From an uncultured bacterium (GTDB taxonomy: Bacteria > Cyanobacteriota > Vampirovibrionia > Gastranaerophilales > Gastranaerophilaceae): 64,000 nt of DNA. Made by a program: the position numbers and the translations under genes. The stretch lies in assembly GCA_949296355.1 (NCBI GenBank), contig CASFPS010000002.1:10781-74780 (forward strand), given 5' to 3'. Below are positions 28,211 to 38,627 of this stretch, piece after piece (within the stretch, counting starts at the first letter, position 1; every line of letters begins with the position of its first letter). Under the pieces are notes generated by a model. That model did no database searches and had not been told where the DNA came from. It saw nothing but the letters and a program-made list of their open reading frames with translations.

Positions 28211-30097
28211 TTACCCCTCTTGCTCAGTTTCAGAATTGCGCTTGTTCCTGACTTCATTCATCAAATCTTCAAATTCTTTTTCGTCAAGAGTTTCTTTTTC
28301 AAGCAGGTTTTTAGAAATATATTCAAGCATATCTCTGTTGTCGTTCAAAAGCTGCTTAGCTTCTTCGTATTGTTTATCAACAATCTTCTTGACTTCTTTA
28401 TCAATATCAGCAGCAATTTCTTCCGAAAAGTCTCTTGTGTTACCGAAATTTCTGCCCATAAAGATATGTTCCTGCTCTTTTCCGTAAGCTAAGTTGCCCA
28501 TTTTTTCGCTCATACCATAGGTTGTAACCATGCTTCTTGCAAGCGCGGAAACTTTTTCCAAGTCATTTGATGCGCCTGTTGTAACATTATCTTTTCCGTA
28601 GATAAGTTCTTCTGCAACACGTCCGCCGAGAATCATTGTAATTCTGTCAAGAAGCTGGTTCTTGCGCATTGTAAGATGATCTTTTTCAGGAAGCGTAAGC
28701 GTGATACCGAGTGCCATTCCTCTTGGAATAATGGAAACTTTGTGTAAAGGATCGCAATTTTTAAGAAGTTTTGCAAGAAGAGCATGCCCAACTTCGTGGT
28801 AAGCTGTGTTTTCTTTTTCTTCGTCTGAAATAATTCTGCTTTTCTTTTCAGGTCCTGCCATAACTTTATCAATAGCTTCTTCCAAGTCAGGCATTTCTAT
28901 TTCAGACTTATCATGTCTTGCCGCAAGCAAAGCCGCTTCATTAAGAAGGTTTTGTAAATCTGCACCGGTAAATCCCGGTGTACGCTTTGCAAGAGTTTTT
29001 AAATCCACTTCTTTTGCAAGCGGTTTGTTTTTAGCATGAACATTAAGAATCTGCTCTCTTCCGAGAACGTCAGGTTTATTGATAACGATTTGCCTGTCGA
29101 ATCTTCCCGGTCTTAAAAGAGCGTTATCTAAGATATCCGGTCTGTTAGTTGCAGCGAGAATAATTATATTCGTATTTTCATCAAAACCATCCATTTCAAC
29201 AAGGAGCTGGTTAAGGGTCTGTTCTCTTTCATCGTGACCGCCGCCTAATCCTGCACCTCTCTGGCGTCCTACGGCATCAATTTCATCAATAAATACAATA
29301 CAAGGCTGGTGCTTTTTTGCCTGCTCAAATAAGTCTCGAACACGGGAAGCACCTACACCAACGAACATTTCAACGAAATCAGAACCGCTTATTGAAAAGA
29401 ACGGAACGCCGGCTTCTCCTGCAACTGCTTTTGCCATAAGTGTTTTACCCGTACCCGGAGCGCCCACAAGGAGAACACCTTTTGGAATTTTTGCGCCGAG
29501 TTTTACGTATTTGTCTGAATGTTTTAAGAAATCAACAATCTCTTCAAGTTCTTTTCTCTCTTCATCAATCCCCGCAACATCGGCAAATGTTGTCTTAACT
29601 TTGTTATCCATAAGCATTTTTGCTCGGCTTTTTCCGAAGGACATTGCCTGCGCGCCGCCTGCCTGAATGGATTTTATTATGAGCATAATAAAACCCAGAA
29701 CAAGAAGTATCGTTATAAGAGATGACCCCATTGAAAAAGCCGAACTTGAATCGCTTGAACGCTTAGCATTAATCTCAACATTGTTTTCTTCAAGTTTTGC
29801 AAGTACATCAGAGTTTTCCGGAAGAAGAACTTTGTACTGTAATTTTGGCGGCTTTACTTCTCCATACAAAGGATTTGTATTAGACTTTTTTGCCTCCGGC
29901 TGTTTTACGGGAAGAGCAATTAAAGAATCTCTTCCTATATCAACACTTTTAATCTCTTTATTTTCAACTTTTTGTATAAAGTTTGTGTAAGACAATTCCT
30001 GTGTGCTGGAAGTCGGTCCGGAAAAAAGCATTGAAATAAACGCTAAGACCATAATACCAAGGATTACATACATCCCGATTGATTGATTTTTGTTCAT
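28211..30097 (-). CDS. ftsH: ATP-dependent zinc metalloprotease FtsH
   Basis: Walker [19 protein letters not shown] zinc motif, 628 aa. Confidence 0.97.
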   Translation of the reverse strand: MNKNQSIGMYVILGIMVLAFISMLFSGPTSSTQELSYTNFIQKVENKEIKSVDIGRDSLIALPVKQPEAKKSNTNPLYGEVKPPKLQYKVLLPENSDVLAKLEENNVEINAKRSSDSSSAFSMGSSLITILLVLGFIMLIIKSIQAGGAQAMSFGKSRAKMLMDNKVKTTFADVAGIDEERKELEEIVDFLKHSDKYVKLGAKIPKGVLLVGAPGTGKTLMAKAVAGEAGVPFFSISGSDFVEMFVGVGASRVRDLFEQAKKHQPCIVFIDEIDAVGRQRGAGLGGGHDEREQTLNQLLVEMDGFDENTNIIILAATNRPDILDNALLRPGRFDRQIVINKPDVLGREQILNVHAKNKPLAKEVDLKTLAKRTPGFTGADLQNLLNEAALLAARHDKSEIEMPDLEEAIDKVMAGPEKKSRIISDEEKENTAYHEVGHALLAKLLKNCDPLHKVSIIPRGMALGITLTLPEKDHLTMRKNQLLDRITMILGGRVAEELIYGKDNVTTGASNDLEKVSALARSMVTTYGMSEKMGNLAYGKEQEHIFMGRNFGNTRDFSEEIAADIDKEVKKIVDKQYEEAKQLLNDNRDMLEYISKNLLEKETLDEKEFEDLMNEVRNKRNSETEQEG

Positions 30098-30178
30098 AGT
30101 TCTCCTTCTCTACTGTTATTTCATTATAACAAAAAAAGGGTATATGGTAAATCGGGAGCAAATGTAACTTTTTGTTTA

Positions 30179-30216
30179 CAAAAGGTCAATTTTTTCACTG
30201 ATAGAAACTTTATATA
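30179..30216 (+). promoter_or_regulatory. AAGG(T)CA-ATTTTT upstream box, copy E
   Basis: AAAAGGTCAATTTTTTCACTGATAGAAACTTTATATA. Same length frame as copies A and B. Possible -10 CTGATAGA. Confidence 0.35.
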
Positions 30217-30241
30217 TATAAGGATTATTACAGGGATATTT

Positions 30242-31282
30242 ATGAGCGCACATAATTTCTGGAACAATTTCACACACGGTTTTATGCACGGAGTATTTAA
30301 CAATAATCCGTTTTTTGGTTGTATGAACTGGGGCTGGTCCTTCAACAGCTGGTGTAATCCCTTCAACAGCTGCTTTGCACCTTTCCCTGCAATGATGTAT
30401 ACTTATCCGAATGTAATGTCACCTGTAAGTATTTTCCCTTTGATGCCAAGTATCCCTATGCCTCAATTTCCGGATGTGAAGATTGATATTAATGAACTTT
30501 TCCCGCCGGATAAATGGACTGCTCCGACATACTCAGACTTTAGTATGGGAGATACATTTGTAAGTTCAACGACATCTAATCCGATTACATCAATTCCGAA
30601 TTCAAATTATAATTTTAGTTTTATCGGACAGACTCCGTCTGCTCCGTCGGCTCCATCTGTTGCGTCTGCTCCGTCTGTTGCACCTGCTGTCTCATCAGCT
30701 CCTGCAACACGTCATACTTCTTCAACAACACGAAGCTCATCGGTAAGTTCATCGTCTCTTGCAGCATTAAAAGGCAAACACTGGACAGAGATGACAGATT
30801 CTGAGATGAGACAGGTTTACGGCGATTATACAAGAGATATTACTAAGCCTTATAATGGCACGGCAGAGGATTTAAATAAATATCTTAAAGGCAAAGGCGT
30901 TCTTGAAGGTCAGGGACAGGCATTTATAGATGCGCAGAAAAAATACGGCATAAGCGCTTCTGTACTGGTTGGTATTGCAATGAATGAATCCGGCGGCGGC
31001 AAAAGTAAAAATGCAAGAGAAAAGAACAACGTAGGCGGTGTACGTATTCCGGGGTCTACAACATTTAAAACGTATTCTTCTGTTGCAGAATGTATAAGTG
31101 ATATGGCAAGATTTTTAAAATCCGGTTATGTAAACAATAACGGGCGTCCGCTTACAAAATTGTATCAAATAAATGCAAAATACTGCCCTAGTTCTGACCC
31201 GACAGATAGAGATAATGTAAACTCTTTCTGGGCAAGAAATGTAGACAGATATACTTCCGAGGTAGAAACTGCTCTGGTTTAA
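30242..31282 (+). CDS. Glucosaminidase (GH73/FlgJ-C-like) peptidoglycan hydrolase with Pro/Ser-rich N-terminal region
   Basis: C-terminal ...LVGIAMNESGGGKSKNAREKNNVGGVR...YCPSSD. Start moved to ATG 30242 because the track ORF overlaps the ftsH start. Confidence 0.75.
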   Translation: MSAHNFWNNFTHGFMHGVFNNNPFFGCMNWGWSFNSWCNPFNSCFAPFPAMMYTYPNVMSPVSIFPLMPSIPMPQFPDVKIDINELFPPDKWTAPTYSDFSMGDTFVSSTTSNPITSIPNSNYNFSFIGQTPSAPSAPSVASAPSVAPAVSSAPATRHTSSTTRSSSVSSSSLAALKGKHWTEMTDSEMRQVYGDYTRDITKPYNGTAEDLNKYLKGKGVLEGQGQAFIDAQKKYGISASVLVGIAMNESGGGKSKNAREKNNVGGVRIPGSTTFKTYSSVAECISDMARFLKSGYVNNNGRPLTKLYQINAKYCPSSDPTDRDNVNSFWARNVDRYTSEVETALV

Positions 31283-31366
31283 TTTACGGGTGAAAAGTAA
31301 GCATTCCGGCACCCTATTCAGTTATTGCCGGATTTCACCTGACCAACAATACTTTCCTGTATGTTG

Positions 31367-32203
31367 TCATTGATTCGTTTCACACTTTTCACCCAGCCCG
31401 AAAAGTTTTGCAGCATTACCGTACATTAAATTATCTAATAATTCTTTATCCCTGAAATGTTCGTATATACCGGTTTGAAATTCTGCTAAATTTTTCAAAT
31501 ACAATTCTCTTTTCTGGTTAAACTCACCCACCGGAACATCAGAAGCCCAGAGAATACGATTAGTGAAATCTCCGCGTTTTGTATTTTTTAATTTTTCAAT
31601 AAGCATAATTGAATCTTCCACCCCTACCCAGGAAACATCGGCGTACAAAGTTGCGGTTTCATTTTCTATAGACTCAACCATAATTTCTATTGCTCTTTCG
31701 TGGCATTCTCTTGTTGTTGTGGACAAATGCCCGAGAATAACAGGAACCTCCGGAAACTGCTTTGCTTTTTTATAAATTAATTCCGGAGAAGAAAATCCGG
31801 ATTTTATATGACCTGAATGATACAGGCAGGGCTTTTTAAACTCACGCGCGGCTTTCAAATAATCATCATATTTGTCTGAGTCTGCCGCCAGCTTTGTAAA
31901 CTCCGGATGAAACTTAAGTCCTATAAATTCCGGATGTTCTGAAAGAAGCTGTCTGATTTTATCCGCGTTTTCAGTTCTATCAACTTCACAAACTGCAAGC
32001 GATTTAATTTTCGGATATTTTTTAGAAGCCTTAAGCATATCAAGATTGCATTCAATCTCGTCCTTGCCGGTATAACTGTCGATTCCTTCAAGGTTGGAAC
32101 AAATTAAAATATCAACATCATCTCCGGTAATATCAAGAAGATATTCAGGCGAAAACTGCCCCCAGAAAGAATTTCCGATATGTGTATGTGCATCAATTAT
32201 CAT
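31367..32203 (-). CDS. Metal-dependent amidohydrolase-fold (TIM barrel) hydrolase
   Basis: MIIDAHTHIG start motif, later HLS and D(V)P residues. Confidence 0.55.
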   Translation of the reverse strand: MIIDAHTHIGNSFWGQFSPEYLLDITGDDVDILICSNLEGIDSYTGKDEIECNLDMLKASKKYPKIKSLAVCEVDRTENADKIRQLLSEHPEFIGLKFHPEFTKLAADSDKYDDYLKAAREFKKPCLYHSGHIKSGFSSPELIYKKAKQFPEVPVILGHLSTTTRECHERAIEIMVESIENETATLYADVSWVGVEDSIMLIEKLKNTKRGDFTNRILWASDVPVGEFNQKRELYLKNLAEFQTGIYEHFRDKELLDNLMYGNAAKLFGLGEKCETNQ

Positions 32204-32327
32204 GTTTATCTCCTGTTATTATTTAATTATACATCCTGCTGATTTTTTCGCCACCACATCAGCTACCCCTTCAGATAATTTGATGCGGTAAATCAAAGAT
32301 TTACCGCATCATTTTTACTTTACCCCT

Positions 32328-33836
32328 TTACCCCTTTACCCCTCTTGTGATTGCTTCAAGAATTTTTCGCACTTTTACAACCTCAATTCCTTTAATCTCT
32401 TCCTGCAATTCATTCGCTGCCGGGATAATTATCCGCTTAAATCCGAGTTTTTGGGCTTCCGTTATTCTCCTTTCAATATGATTAACAGCCCGTATTTCAC
32501 CTGAAAGTCCGATTTCTCCCACTATTGCCGTGTGGGAATCAAAAACAACGTCTCTTACACAGGTGACGATTGCAAGCGCAATTCCCAGATCTGCAGCCGG
32601 CTCATTAACATCAATTCCGCCGATAACGTTTACATAAACATCCTGCTTTGATAAATTTAGCCCGATTCTTTTTTCAAGAACCGCAAGAATCTGCAAGACT
32701 CTTCCCGTATCAACTCCGTTTGCAATCCTTCTCGGCGCCGGATACGGAGTTGTTCCGACAAGCGCCTGAATTTCTACTAAAAGAGGTCTGGTTCCTTCGC
32801 TTGTTACAATAATCGTACTCCCCGGAGTCTGGGTCTGGTTGTATTCTTTTAAGAAAAGTTCACTCGGATTAATAACTTCTCTCAAGCCTTTAGTTTCCAT
32901 CTCAAAAATCCCGACTTCGGAGGTATTTCCGAAACGGTTTTTAATCGAACGCAAAATCCTGTAGGATTTATATTTATCCCCTTCAAACTGAATAACCGTA
33001 TCAACCATGTGTTCAAGAACCTTCGGTCCCGCAATATTTCCTTCCTTTGTAACATGCCCGATTACAATTATTGAAATATTTTTGGTTTTTGCAATTTGCA
33101 TAAGCATATTGCAGCATTCCCTGATTTGAGAAACGCTTCCGGCTGAACTCTGGATTTGTGAAGTATAAATAGCCTGAATACTGTCCACAATAACTAAATC
33201 AGGCATCATCTCTTCAATATGCTTTTTTATTAATTCAAGATTTGTCTGGGGGTAAATGTAAAGATTATCAGATTTTACCTCCAGCCTTTCAGCCCTTAAT
33301 TTAATCTGACCTGCTGATTCTTCCGCTGAAATATAGAGAACTTTTTTCCCGCTTTTGCATAATTCGCCGGCGGTTTGCAATAAAAGTGTTGACTTACCGA
33401 TTCCCGGATCTCCTGCAAGTAAGACGAGCGAGCCTTTAACAATCCCTTGTGATTTAGATTCAGCCCCTTTCCCTAACCCTCTCCCCGAAGGGGCGAGGGA
33501 AGACTCACTGCCGAAGGTATTTTTAATACATTTACCCCCGTTTGATAACGCCACATCTGTAGCCTCGTCAGCCGCCCTAATACATTTACCCCCGCCTAAG
33601 ACTCTGTCAAATTCTGAAATATTAGTACTCATCCTGATTTCAGAATTCATTTCAATCTCGTCAAGTCTCATCGGCGGTAAATCATCCGGAAGCTCGGTTT
33701 GTGCAGCCTTTTTGACCGGAGTATCTAACTCTTCAACAAATGTTCCCCAGCTTCCGCATTCCGGACATTTGCCAAGATAACCCGCTGTTTCATATCCGCA
33801 GCTCTGACATACATATTTTGATTTGACTTTAGCCAT
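32328..33836 (-). CDS. radA: DNA repair protein RadA with a 48-aa repeat-derived insertion
   Basis: C4 zinc finger CQSCGYE...CPECG, Walker A GDPGIGKST, KNRFG, Lon-like C-terminus. Extra aa 84-131 lie between VLGGG and IVKGS. Confidence 0.93.
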   Translation of the reverse strand: MAKVKSKYVCQSCGYETAGYLGKCPECGSWGTFVEELDTPVKKAAQTELPDDLPPMRLDEIEMNSEIRMSTNISEFDRVLGGGKCIRAADEATDVALSNGGKCIKNTFGSESSLAPSGRGLGKGAESKSQGIVKGSLVLLAGDPGIGKSTLLLQTAGELCKSGKKVLYISAEESAGQIKLRAERLEVKSDNLYIYPQTNLELIKKHIEEMMPDLVIVDSIQAIYTSQIQSSAGSVSQIRECCNMLMQIAKTKNISIIVIGHVTKEGNIAGPKVLEHMVDTVIQFEGDKYKSYRILRSIKNRFGNTSEVGIFEMETKGLREVINPSELFLKEYNQTQTPGSTIIVTSEGTRPLLVEIQALVGTTPYPAPRRIANGVDTGRVLQILAVLEKRIGLNLSKQDVYVNVIGGIDVNEPAADLGIALAIVTCVRDVVFDSHTAIVGEIGLSGEIRAVNHIERRITEAQKLGFKRIIIPAANELQEEIKGIEVVKVRKILEAITRGVKG

Positions 33837-33839
33837 AAA

Positions 33840-34400
33840 CTATTGATTCATAGGGATGATTAACTTTTGACCGATTGACAAAGCGTTCGGATTAGCCATT
33901 TTGTTGGCTTCCTGAATTAAATTAACTTTATTCATATCAAAAGAACCGTAAAATCTTATTACAATACTTTCTAAAGTATCGCCTTCTTTAACTGTATATT
34001 CTTCGTTCAAAGATACAGGTGCGGTAATTTTTTTAGAAGAAGTATTGTCGGCAGGGATAAATGAAAATCTTCCCGAAGATTCTGCTACAGGCTTAGAAGC
34101 CGGTATTGCACCGTCATCTTTCGGAGTTGAAAAATTAATGAGTAAACTTACAAATGTGGTGATAAGTAATGTTATGATAACTCCCGCAATCAAACCTGTA
34201 ACAAAATAAACCTGAGGAGCTTTTTCACTCTTTTGCGGTTTTACGCCAAATTGCTGCCATAGAGCATCAAGTTCTCTGTTCTTGCTTTGTGCTCTGTAAT
34301 AATCTTCATCCTGATGGGTTCTGTTATAACGGTTCAGAGCCTCCATCATAGCAACTTTTTCTCTTGTAATATTCGATCTTCTCAGCGTTGTACTCTTCAT
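33840..34400 (-). CDS. LysM domain membrane protein
   Basis: Central TM helix. C-terminal YTVKEGDTLESIVIRFYG...SIGQKLIIP. Confidence 0.75.
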   Translation of the reverse strand: MKSTTLRRSNITREKVAMMEALNRYNRTHQDEDYYRAQSKNRELDALWQQFGVKPQKSEKAPQVYFVTGLIAGVIITLLITTFVSLLINFSTPKDDGAIPASKPVAESSGRFSFIPADNTSSKKITAPVSLNEEYTVKEGDTLESIVIRFYGSFDMNKVNLIQEANKMANPNALSIGQKLIIPMNQ

Positions 34401-34490
34401 AAATCCTCACCACATTAGTTATAATGAAAATTTATCATAAAATCCAAAATAGCGCAAATTTGTAAAGAAAAATGTTAAATTATATTAAGT

Positions 34491-36281
34491 TTATGCGTTG
34501 CGTTGAAAGAATTTTGCAATATCTTTGTGCTCAATAATTTTGGATATCGGGCGTCCGTGCGGACAGGTGAACGGTTTTTCGCAAGTACGCCAGTTTTTGA
34601 TAATCTCCTGCATCTGGAACCGGTTTAGATATGTATTAGCTTTAACAGCAGCTTTGCAGGAAGTTGTTATAAGAATGCTTTCTTCTATATTATCAATATT
34701 TCCTGATATGTTTTCCAAAATATCTGCGAGTATTTCTTTTGGCGAAACTTTGGATATAAGCTGCGGAACTTTTCGGAAAATAGCTTCTGTGTCTGAAAGA
34801 AAATCTATCTCGTATCCGAATTTTTCAAGCTTATCTTTGTTTACCTCCAAAAGCTCTTTGTCACTCGGTGAGACCGGCAGAACATCCGAGATAAAAAGAA
34901 GCTGGCAGTCAATATTTTTTGATTTTTTTAGTTTTTCGTAAATATACCTTTCTTCTGCAATGTGCTGGTCTACAATCTCAAGCCCCTCTTCTCTTTCAAT
35001 AAGAATATATGTTTTTCTGTACTGTCCGATTATAATCTCTTCCTGTTCTACGTGCTTTTCTTCTATAAACTTTGTCTGTTCAAAAGTTTTTTGTTCAGAC
35101 TTAGCAGTCTCAGGACTTTTTTCAGGCTTAAGCTTAGCAGTATTTTGCACCGGAAAAGATATAATTTTTTCTTTATCCTCTTTCTCTTGTTTTTCTGCTT
35201 CTTCCCGCGGTTTGTTAAAAATCCGGTTCAAATCAATGCTTCCGCTCACATAAGCAGTATCAGGAATTTCCGCTTCCTCTTTTTTTTCTTTTTCCACAAT
35301 TCCTGAAAGCGCCATATCAACTGCTGAATAAATAAAATTAAATACCTGATTAGGGTTTTTGTACCTCACTTCTTTTTTGGACGGGTGAACATTAACATCC
35401 ACATCCTCAGGCGGGATTTCAAGGTTAAGAATAATAAACGGATAGCGGGAGCCTATTAGGTTTTTGTACACCATATCAATCGCTTTTTGGAAAACAGGAC
35501 ATTTTACAATCCGTGAATTTACATATGTATAATAATCTTTTTTACTTGCTCTCATATAATCCGGCGTGCTCACATAGCCCGAAAGTTTAAGCCCGGACAT
35601 TTTATCTGTTTTTAGAACTTTTCTCAAATTTTTTGAAATATCTTCTGCAAAAACTTCTTTTAATGTTTGTAATGTATCGCCCTGCCCTGTAGTTTTAATA
35701 ACAATTTTGCCGTTATTTTTGAGTTCAAACGCAATATCCGGATGAACAAGTGTCAGAGATTGAACAAGTTCACTTATATATGCAAATTCTGTTTTAGCTG
35801 ATTTTAGGAATTTGAGTCTTGCCGGAATATTGTAAAATAAATCTCTGACTTCCATAATTGTACCGACCGCGCAGCCGGTTTTTGCCTGTTTCACTTCCGA
35901 GTTTTCGCATTCTACTTTTGTTCCGCAGTCAAAATCTTTCGTTCTTGTAATACAGGTAAGCTTAGAAATAGAAATTATACTCGCAAGCGCCTCACCCCTG
36001 AATCCCATTGTTTTAACGGAATACAAATCCTCGCTTGTAGAGATTTTGCTTGTGGCATGCTTTGAAAACGCAAGTAAAATATCATCAGGATGAATTCCGG
36101 ATCCGTTATCCGCAATACGAATATTTCTGCACTCGTTTGAAATTTCAATGCTGATTCTGGAAGCTCCTGCATCAACAGAATTTTCAACAAGTTCTTTAAC
36201 AACGGAATACGGGCGTTCAATAACTTCTCCCGCTGCTATCTGGTTTATTAAATGTTTTGAAAGCTGAACGATTCTCCCCAT
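34491..36281 (-). CDS. mutL: DNA mismatch repair protein MutL
   Basis: INQIAAGEVIERPYSVVKELVENSVDAG, GFRGEAL, 596 aa. Confidence 0.95.
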   Translation of the reverse strand: MGRIVQLSKHLINQIAAGEVIERPYSVVKELVENSVDAGASRISIEISNECRNIRIADNGSGIHPDDILLAFSKHATSKISTSEDLYSVKTMGFRGEALASIISISKLTCITRTKDFDCGTKVECENSEVKQAKTGCAVGTIMEVRDLFYNIPARLKFLKSAKTEFAYISELVQSLTLVHPDIAFELKNNGKIVIKTTGQGDTLQTLKEVFAEDISKNLRKVLKTDKMSGLKLSGYVSTPDYMRASKKDYYTYVNSRIVKCPVFQKAIDMVYKNLIGSRYPFIILNLEIPPEDVDVNVHPSKKEVRYKNPNQVFNFIYSAVDMALSGIVEKEKKEEAEIPDTAYVSGSIDLNRIFNKPREEAEKQEKEDKEKIISFPVQNTAKLKPEKSPETAKSEQKTFEQTKFIEEKHVEQEEIIIGQYRKTYILIEREEGLEIVDQHIAEERYIYEKLKKSKNIDCQLLFISDVLPVSPSDKELLEVNKDKLEKFGYEIDFLSDTEAIFRKVPQLISKVSPKEILADILENISGNIDNIEESILITTSCKAAVKANTYLNRFQMQEIIKNWRTCEKPFTCPHGRPISKIIEHKDIAKFFQRNA

Positions 36282-36331
36282 AAATTTTATTATACTCCAA
36301 AATCTTTTAATTGTGGTATGATGATATAGGT

Positions 36332-36408
36332 GAGAAGTTTAGGAGTTGAGAAGACAATTATAAATAAGCACCGGCTGACTTTTGGAACTTCTACTAAACT
36401 TCTCAACT
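36332..36408. repeat. Inverted short-tandem-repeat hairpin element (GAGAAG/CTTCT family)
   Basis: GAGAAGTTTAGGAGTTGAGAAG ... CTTCTACTAAACTTCTCAACTC. Confidence 0.8.
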
Positions 36409-36426
36409 CAAAAGAGGGATAAATAA

Positions 36427-37554
36427 ATGGCAAAGAATAAAAAAATCAAAGTAGCATTTCCGCATATGGGGACAATATCAATAGCGTGGTCTGCAGGGCT
36501 CAGGAAAATCGGAGTAGAGCCTTACGTTCCGCCTTATACAAGCAAAAAGACCCTGTCTTACGGTACAAAAAATTCTCCGGAGGCTATATGCCTGCCTTAT
36601 AAACTTATTTTGGGTAACTTTATAGAAGCTATCCAGGGCGGGGCGGATTATGTTGCAATGATTACCTCACCGGGGATTTGCCGTCTCGGAGAATACGGAA
36701 CAAATATCCACACTACGCTTAAAGATTTAGGGTACAATGCAAACTACATTGAACTCTCTCTTTACGACGGAATAAAAGGCTTGTATAAATTCTTAAAAGA
36801 AATTTCAGGCAAGAATGATCCGATTTTGATTCTGCGTGCAATAAATATTACTATGCGCAAAATCTTTGCAATTGATGATCTGGATACGGCGCTTTCATAC
36901 TACAGAGCCCGTGAAGTAAGATTCGGCGAGGCTGAAAAGAATTATAAAAAGGCGCTTAAACTTATTGACAAAGCTGATTCGACACATGATCTTAAAAAAG
37001 CGTATGAAAGAGCATTAAAAGAAATTGAAAAAACGGAAATCGATCCGAACAGGGAAGTTTTGAACGTTGATATTACAGGTGAAATTTTCCTTGTAAACGA
37101 CGAGTTTTCTAACCAGAATATAGAACGCGAACTCGGCAGAATGGGAGTTCAGACAAGAAGAAGCCTGACTGTCGGAAGCTTCCTTAAAGACGCAATTATC
37201 CCTAAAGCTTTCAGACCGCCGGAAACTCACCTCCAGAGAGCAGAGAGAATGGCTAAACCTTACCTGATGCGTGATATAGGCGGTGATGCATTGGAATGTG
37301 TCTCTGATGTAGTTTTTGCAGATGAAAAAGGCAAGGACGGAATTATCCATATTTCTCCGTTCACCTGCATGCCGGAGATTATGTCTCAAAATATTTTCCC
37401 TACAATGAGAGAAGAGCATGAGATACCTATTTTGACTCTTATTATGGACGAGCAGACCGGTAAAGCCGGATATATAACCCGTCTTGAAGCGTTTGTTGAT
37501 TTAATGCGCCGTAAGAAACGTGCAAAATTAGGTAAACAAAAAACAAGAATATAA
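36427..37554 (+). CDS. Acyl-CoA dehydratase activase-related (DUF2229-like) protein
   Basis: Recognised from memory only by the N-terminal pattern FPHMGTISIAWSAGLRKIGVEPYVPP...AICLPYKLILGNF. Confidence 0.45.
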   Translation: MAKNKKIKVAFPHMGTISIAWSAGLRKIGVEPYVPPYTSKKTLSYGTKNSPEAICLPYKLILGNFIEAIQGGADYVAMITSPGICRLGEYGTNIHTTLKDLGYNANYIELSLYDGIKGLYKFLKEISGKNDPILILRAINITMRKIFAIDDLDTALSYYRAREVRFGEAEKNYKKALKLIDKADSTHDLKKAYERALKEIEKTEIDPNREVLNVDITGEIFLVNDEFSNQNIERELGRMGVQTRRSLTVGSFLKDAIIPKAFRPPETHLQRAERMAKPYLMRDIGGDALECVSDVVFADEKGKDGIIHISPFTCMPEIMSQNIFPTMREEHEIPILTLIMDEQTGKAGYITRLEAFVDLMRRKKRAKLGKQKTRI

Positions 37555-37603
37555 ATTTTTCAAGATTGTATAAAATCTGAAACGCCGGATTTCACTCCGG
37601 TCT

Positions 37604-38596
37604 TTAGCCGGGAACATTAACACTGCCGTCGCAGAATTGGTCAAGAATTGTAAATCTGCCGGTACGAACTTGATCTTTGATTATCCGTGCGGAAGAATTT
37701 GTTAAAACAATCTGGTTCTGAACACATTCAAACCGGTGTTCCATAAATAATTGTTCGTATTTTTCACCAAGCTGGGTGTATTTTTTTGTTTTCACAAAAA
37801 TATTAAATGTTTTCTGCCGCTTTTGAACCTGTTTTATTCCAAAATTTATTACCGCACTTATATCAATATCCATCCACGAGGACTGGATAATATCAAAAAT
37901 ATAGTTTTCATTATCAGAGGTTTTAATTGAAATATAGCCTGAAATATTTTTTGATTTTCTATCCTCAATAACAAATTTGTATTCGCTGAAGAATGACAGA
38001 CCTCTGAACGCCGCTTCTCTAAACTCTCCTGTATCGCTGCTTAAGAGCGGTCTGAAATGCGGAAGCAGGGATTCATTATAGAGAGATGAAATTGTTGAAG
38101 CGTCAGAGTTTCTAAATTCTCTGAAATCTTTTTTATCAAACTCCAATTTTTCCGGTACCGGAATTTTCCATAAACGCTCATACGAAAGCTGGCTGAATCC
38201 GCATTTGGAAACAAAAACTCTCAATAAATCAGGGAGTGTATCATCTACCCTCACAATAAAAGATATGGCGCCGAGAGCTTTGTATTTTGAAACAGCGTAT
38301 TGAATAAGTTCATACGCATCCTCATAACAATTTTCTTCAAAAAACAAACGCAGAATTTCAAGCCGTTTTACGGGACACTTAGACGGCGCAACAGTAATAA
38401 GCCCTTTTATCTCTTTTTTATCCTTTAAAACATAAGATTCCGGCAGAAACTTGAATTTCAGAGGAAGCAGATGATGCAGGGGAAGAAGCGGATTAAACAT
38501 AATATTGCTTATGAAAGCGTCTCTGTTATTCAGAAACGAAATCATTTCCTGCATGTTTTTCTTATCAAAATAATAAAGCTTTCTGATTCTGCTCAT
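37604..38596 (-). CDS. Hypothetical protein, possibly tandem GNAT-like folds
   Basis: 330 aa. Weak GNAT-like segments (AISFIVRVDD...VSKCGFSQ). Confidence 0.35.
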   Translation of the reverse strand: MSRIRKLYYFDKKNMQEMISFLNNRDAFISNIMFNPLLPLHHLLPLKFKFLPESYVLKDKKEIKGLITVAPSKCPVKRLEILRLFFEENCYEDAYELIQYAVSKYKALGAISFIVRVDDTLPDLLRVFVSKCGFSQLSYERLWKIPVPEKLEFDKKDFREFRNSDASTISSLYNESLLPHFRPLLSSDTGEFREAAFRGLSFFSEYKFVIEDRKSKNISGYISIKTSDNENYIFDIIQSSWMDIDISAVINFGIKQVQKRQKTFNIFVKTKKYTQLGEKYEQLFMEHRFECVQNQIVLTNSSARIIKDQVRTGRFTILDQFCDGSVNVPG

Positions 38597-38627
38597 AAGA
38601 CAATTATAGCATAATTAAAGATTTAAT

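Noticed and set aside
30083-30241. N-terminal extension of the glucosaminidase ORF
   Set aside because: It starts at a TTG overlapping the divergent ftsH start codon and runs through the promoter-like box. ATG 30242 is more plausible.
32282-32320. Strong hairpin plus T-run (GATGCGGTAAATC-aaa-GATTTACCGCATC-ATTTTT) as the terminator of an unannotated plus-strand sRNA
   Set aside because: No convincing promoter lies upstream. The same GCGGTAAATC/GATTTACCGC palindrome occurs at 12701-12724 as part of the repeat families, so it is more likely another dispersed palindromic module.
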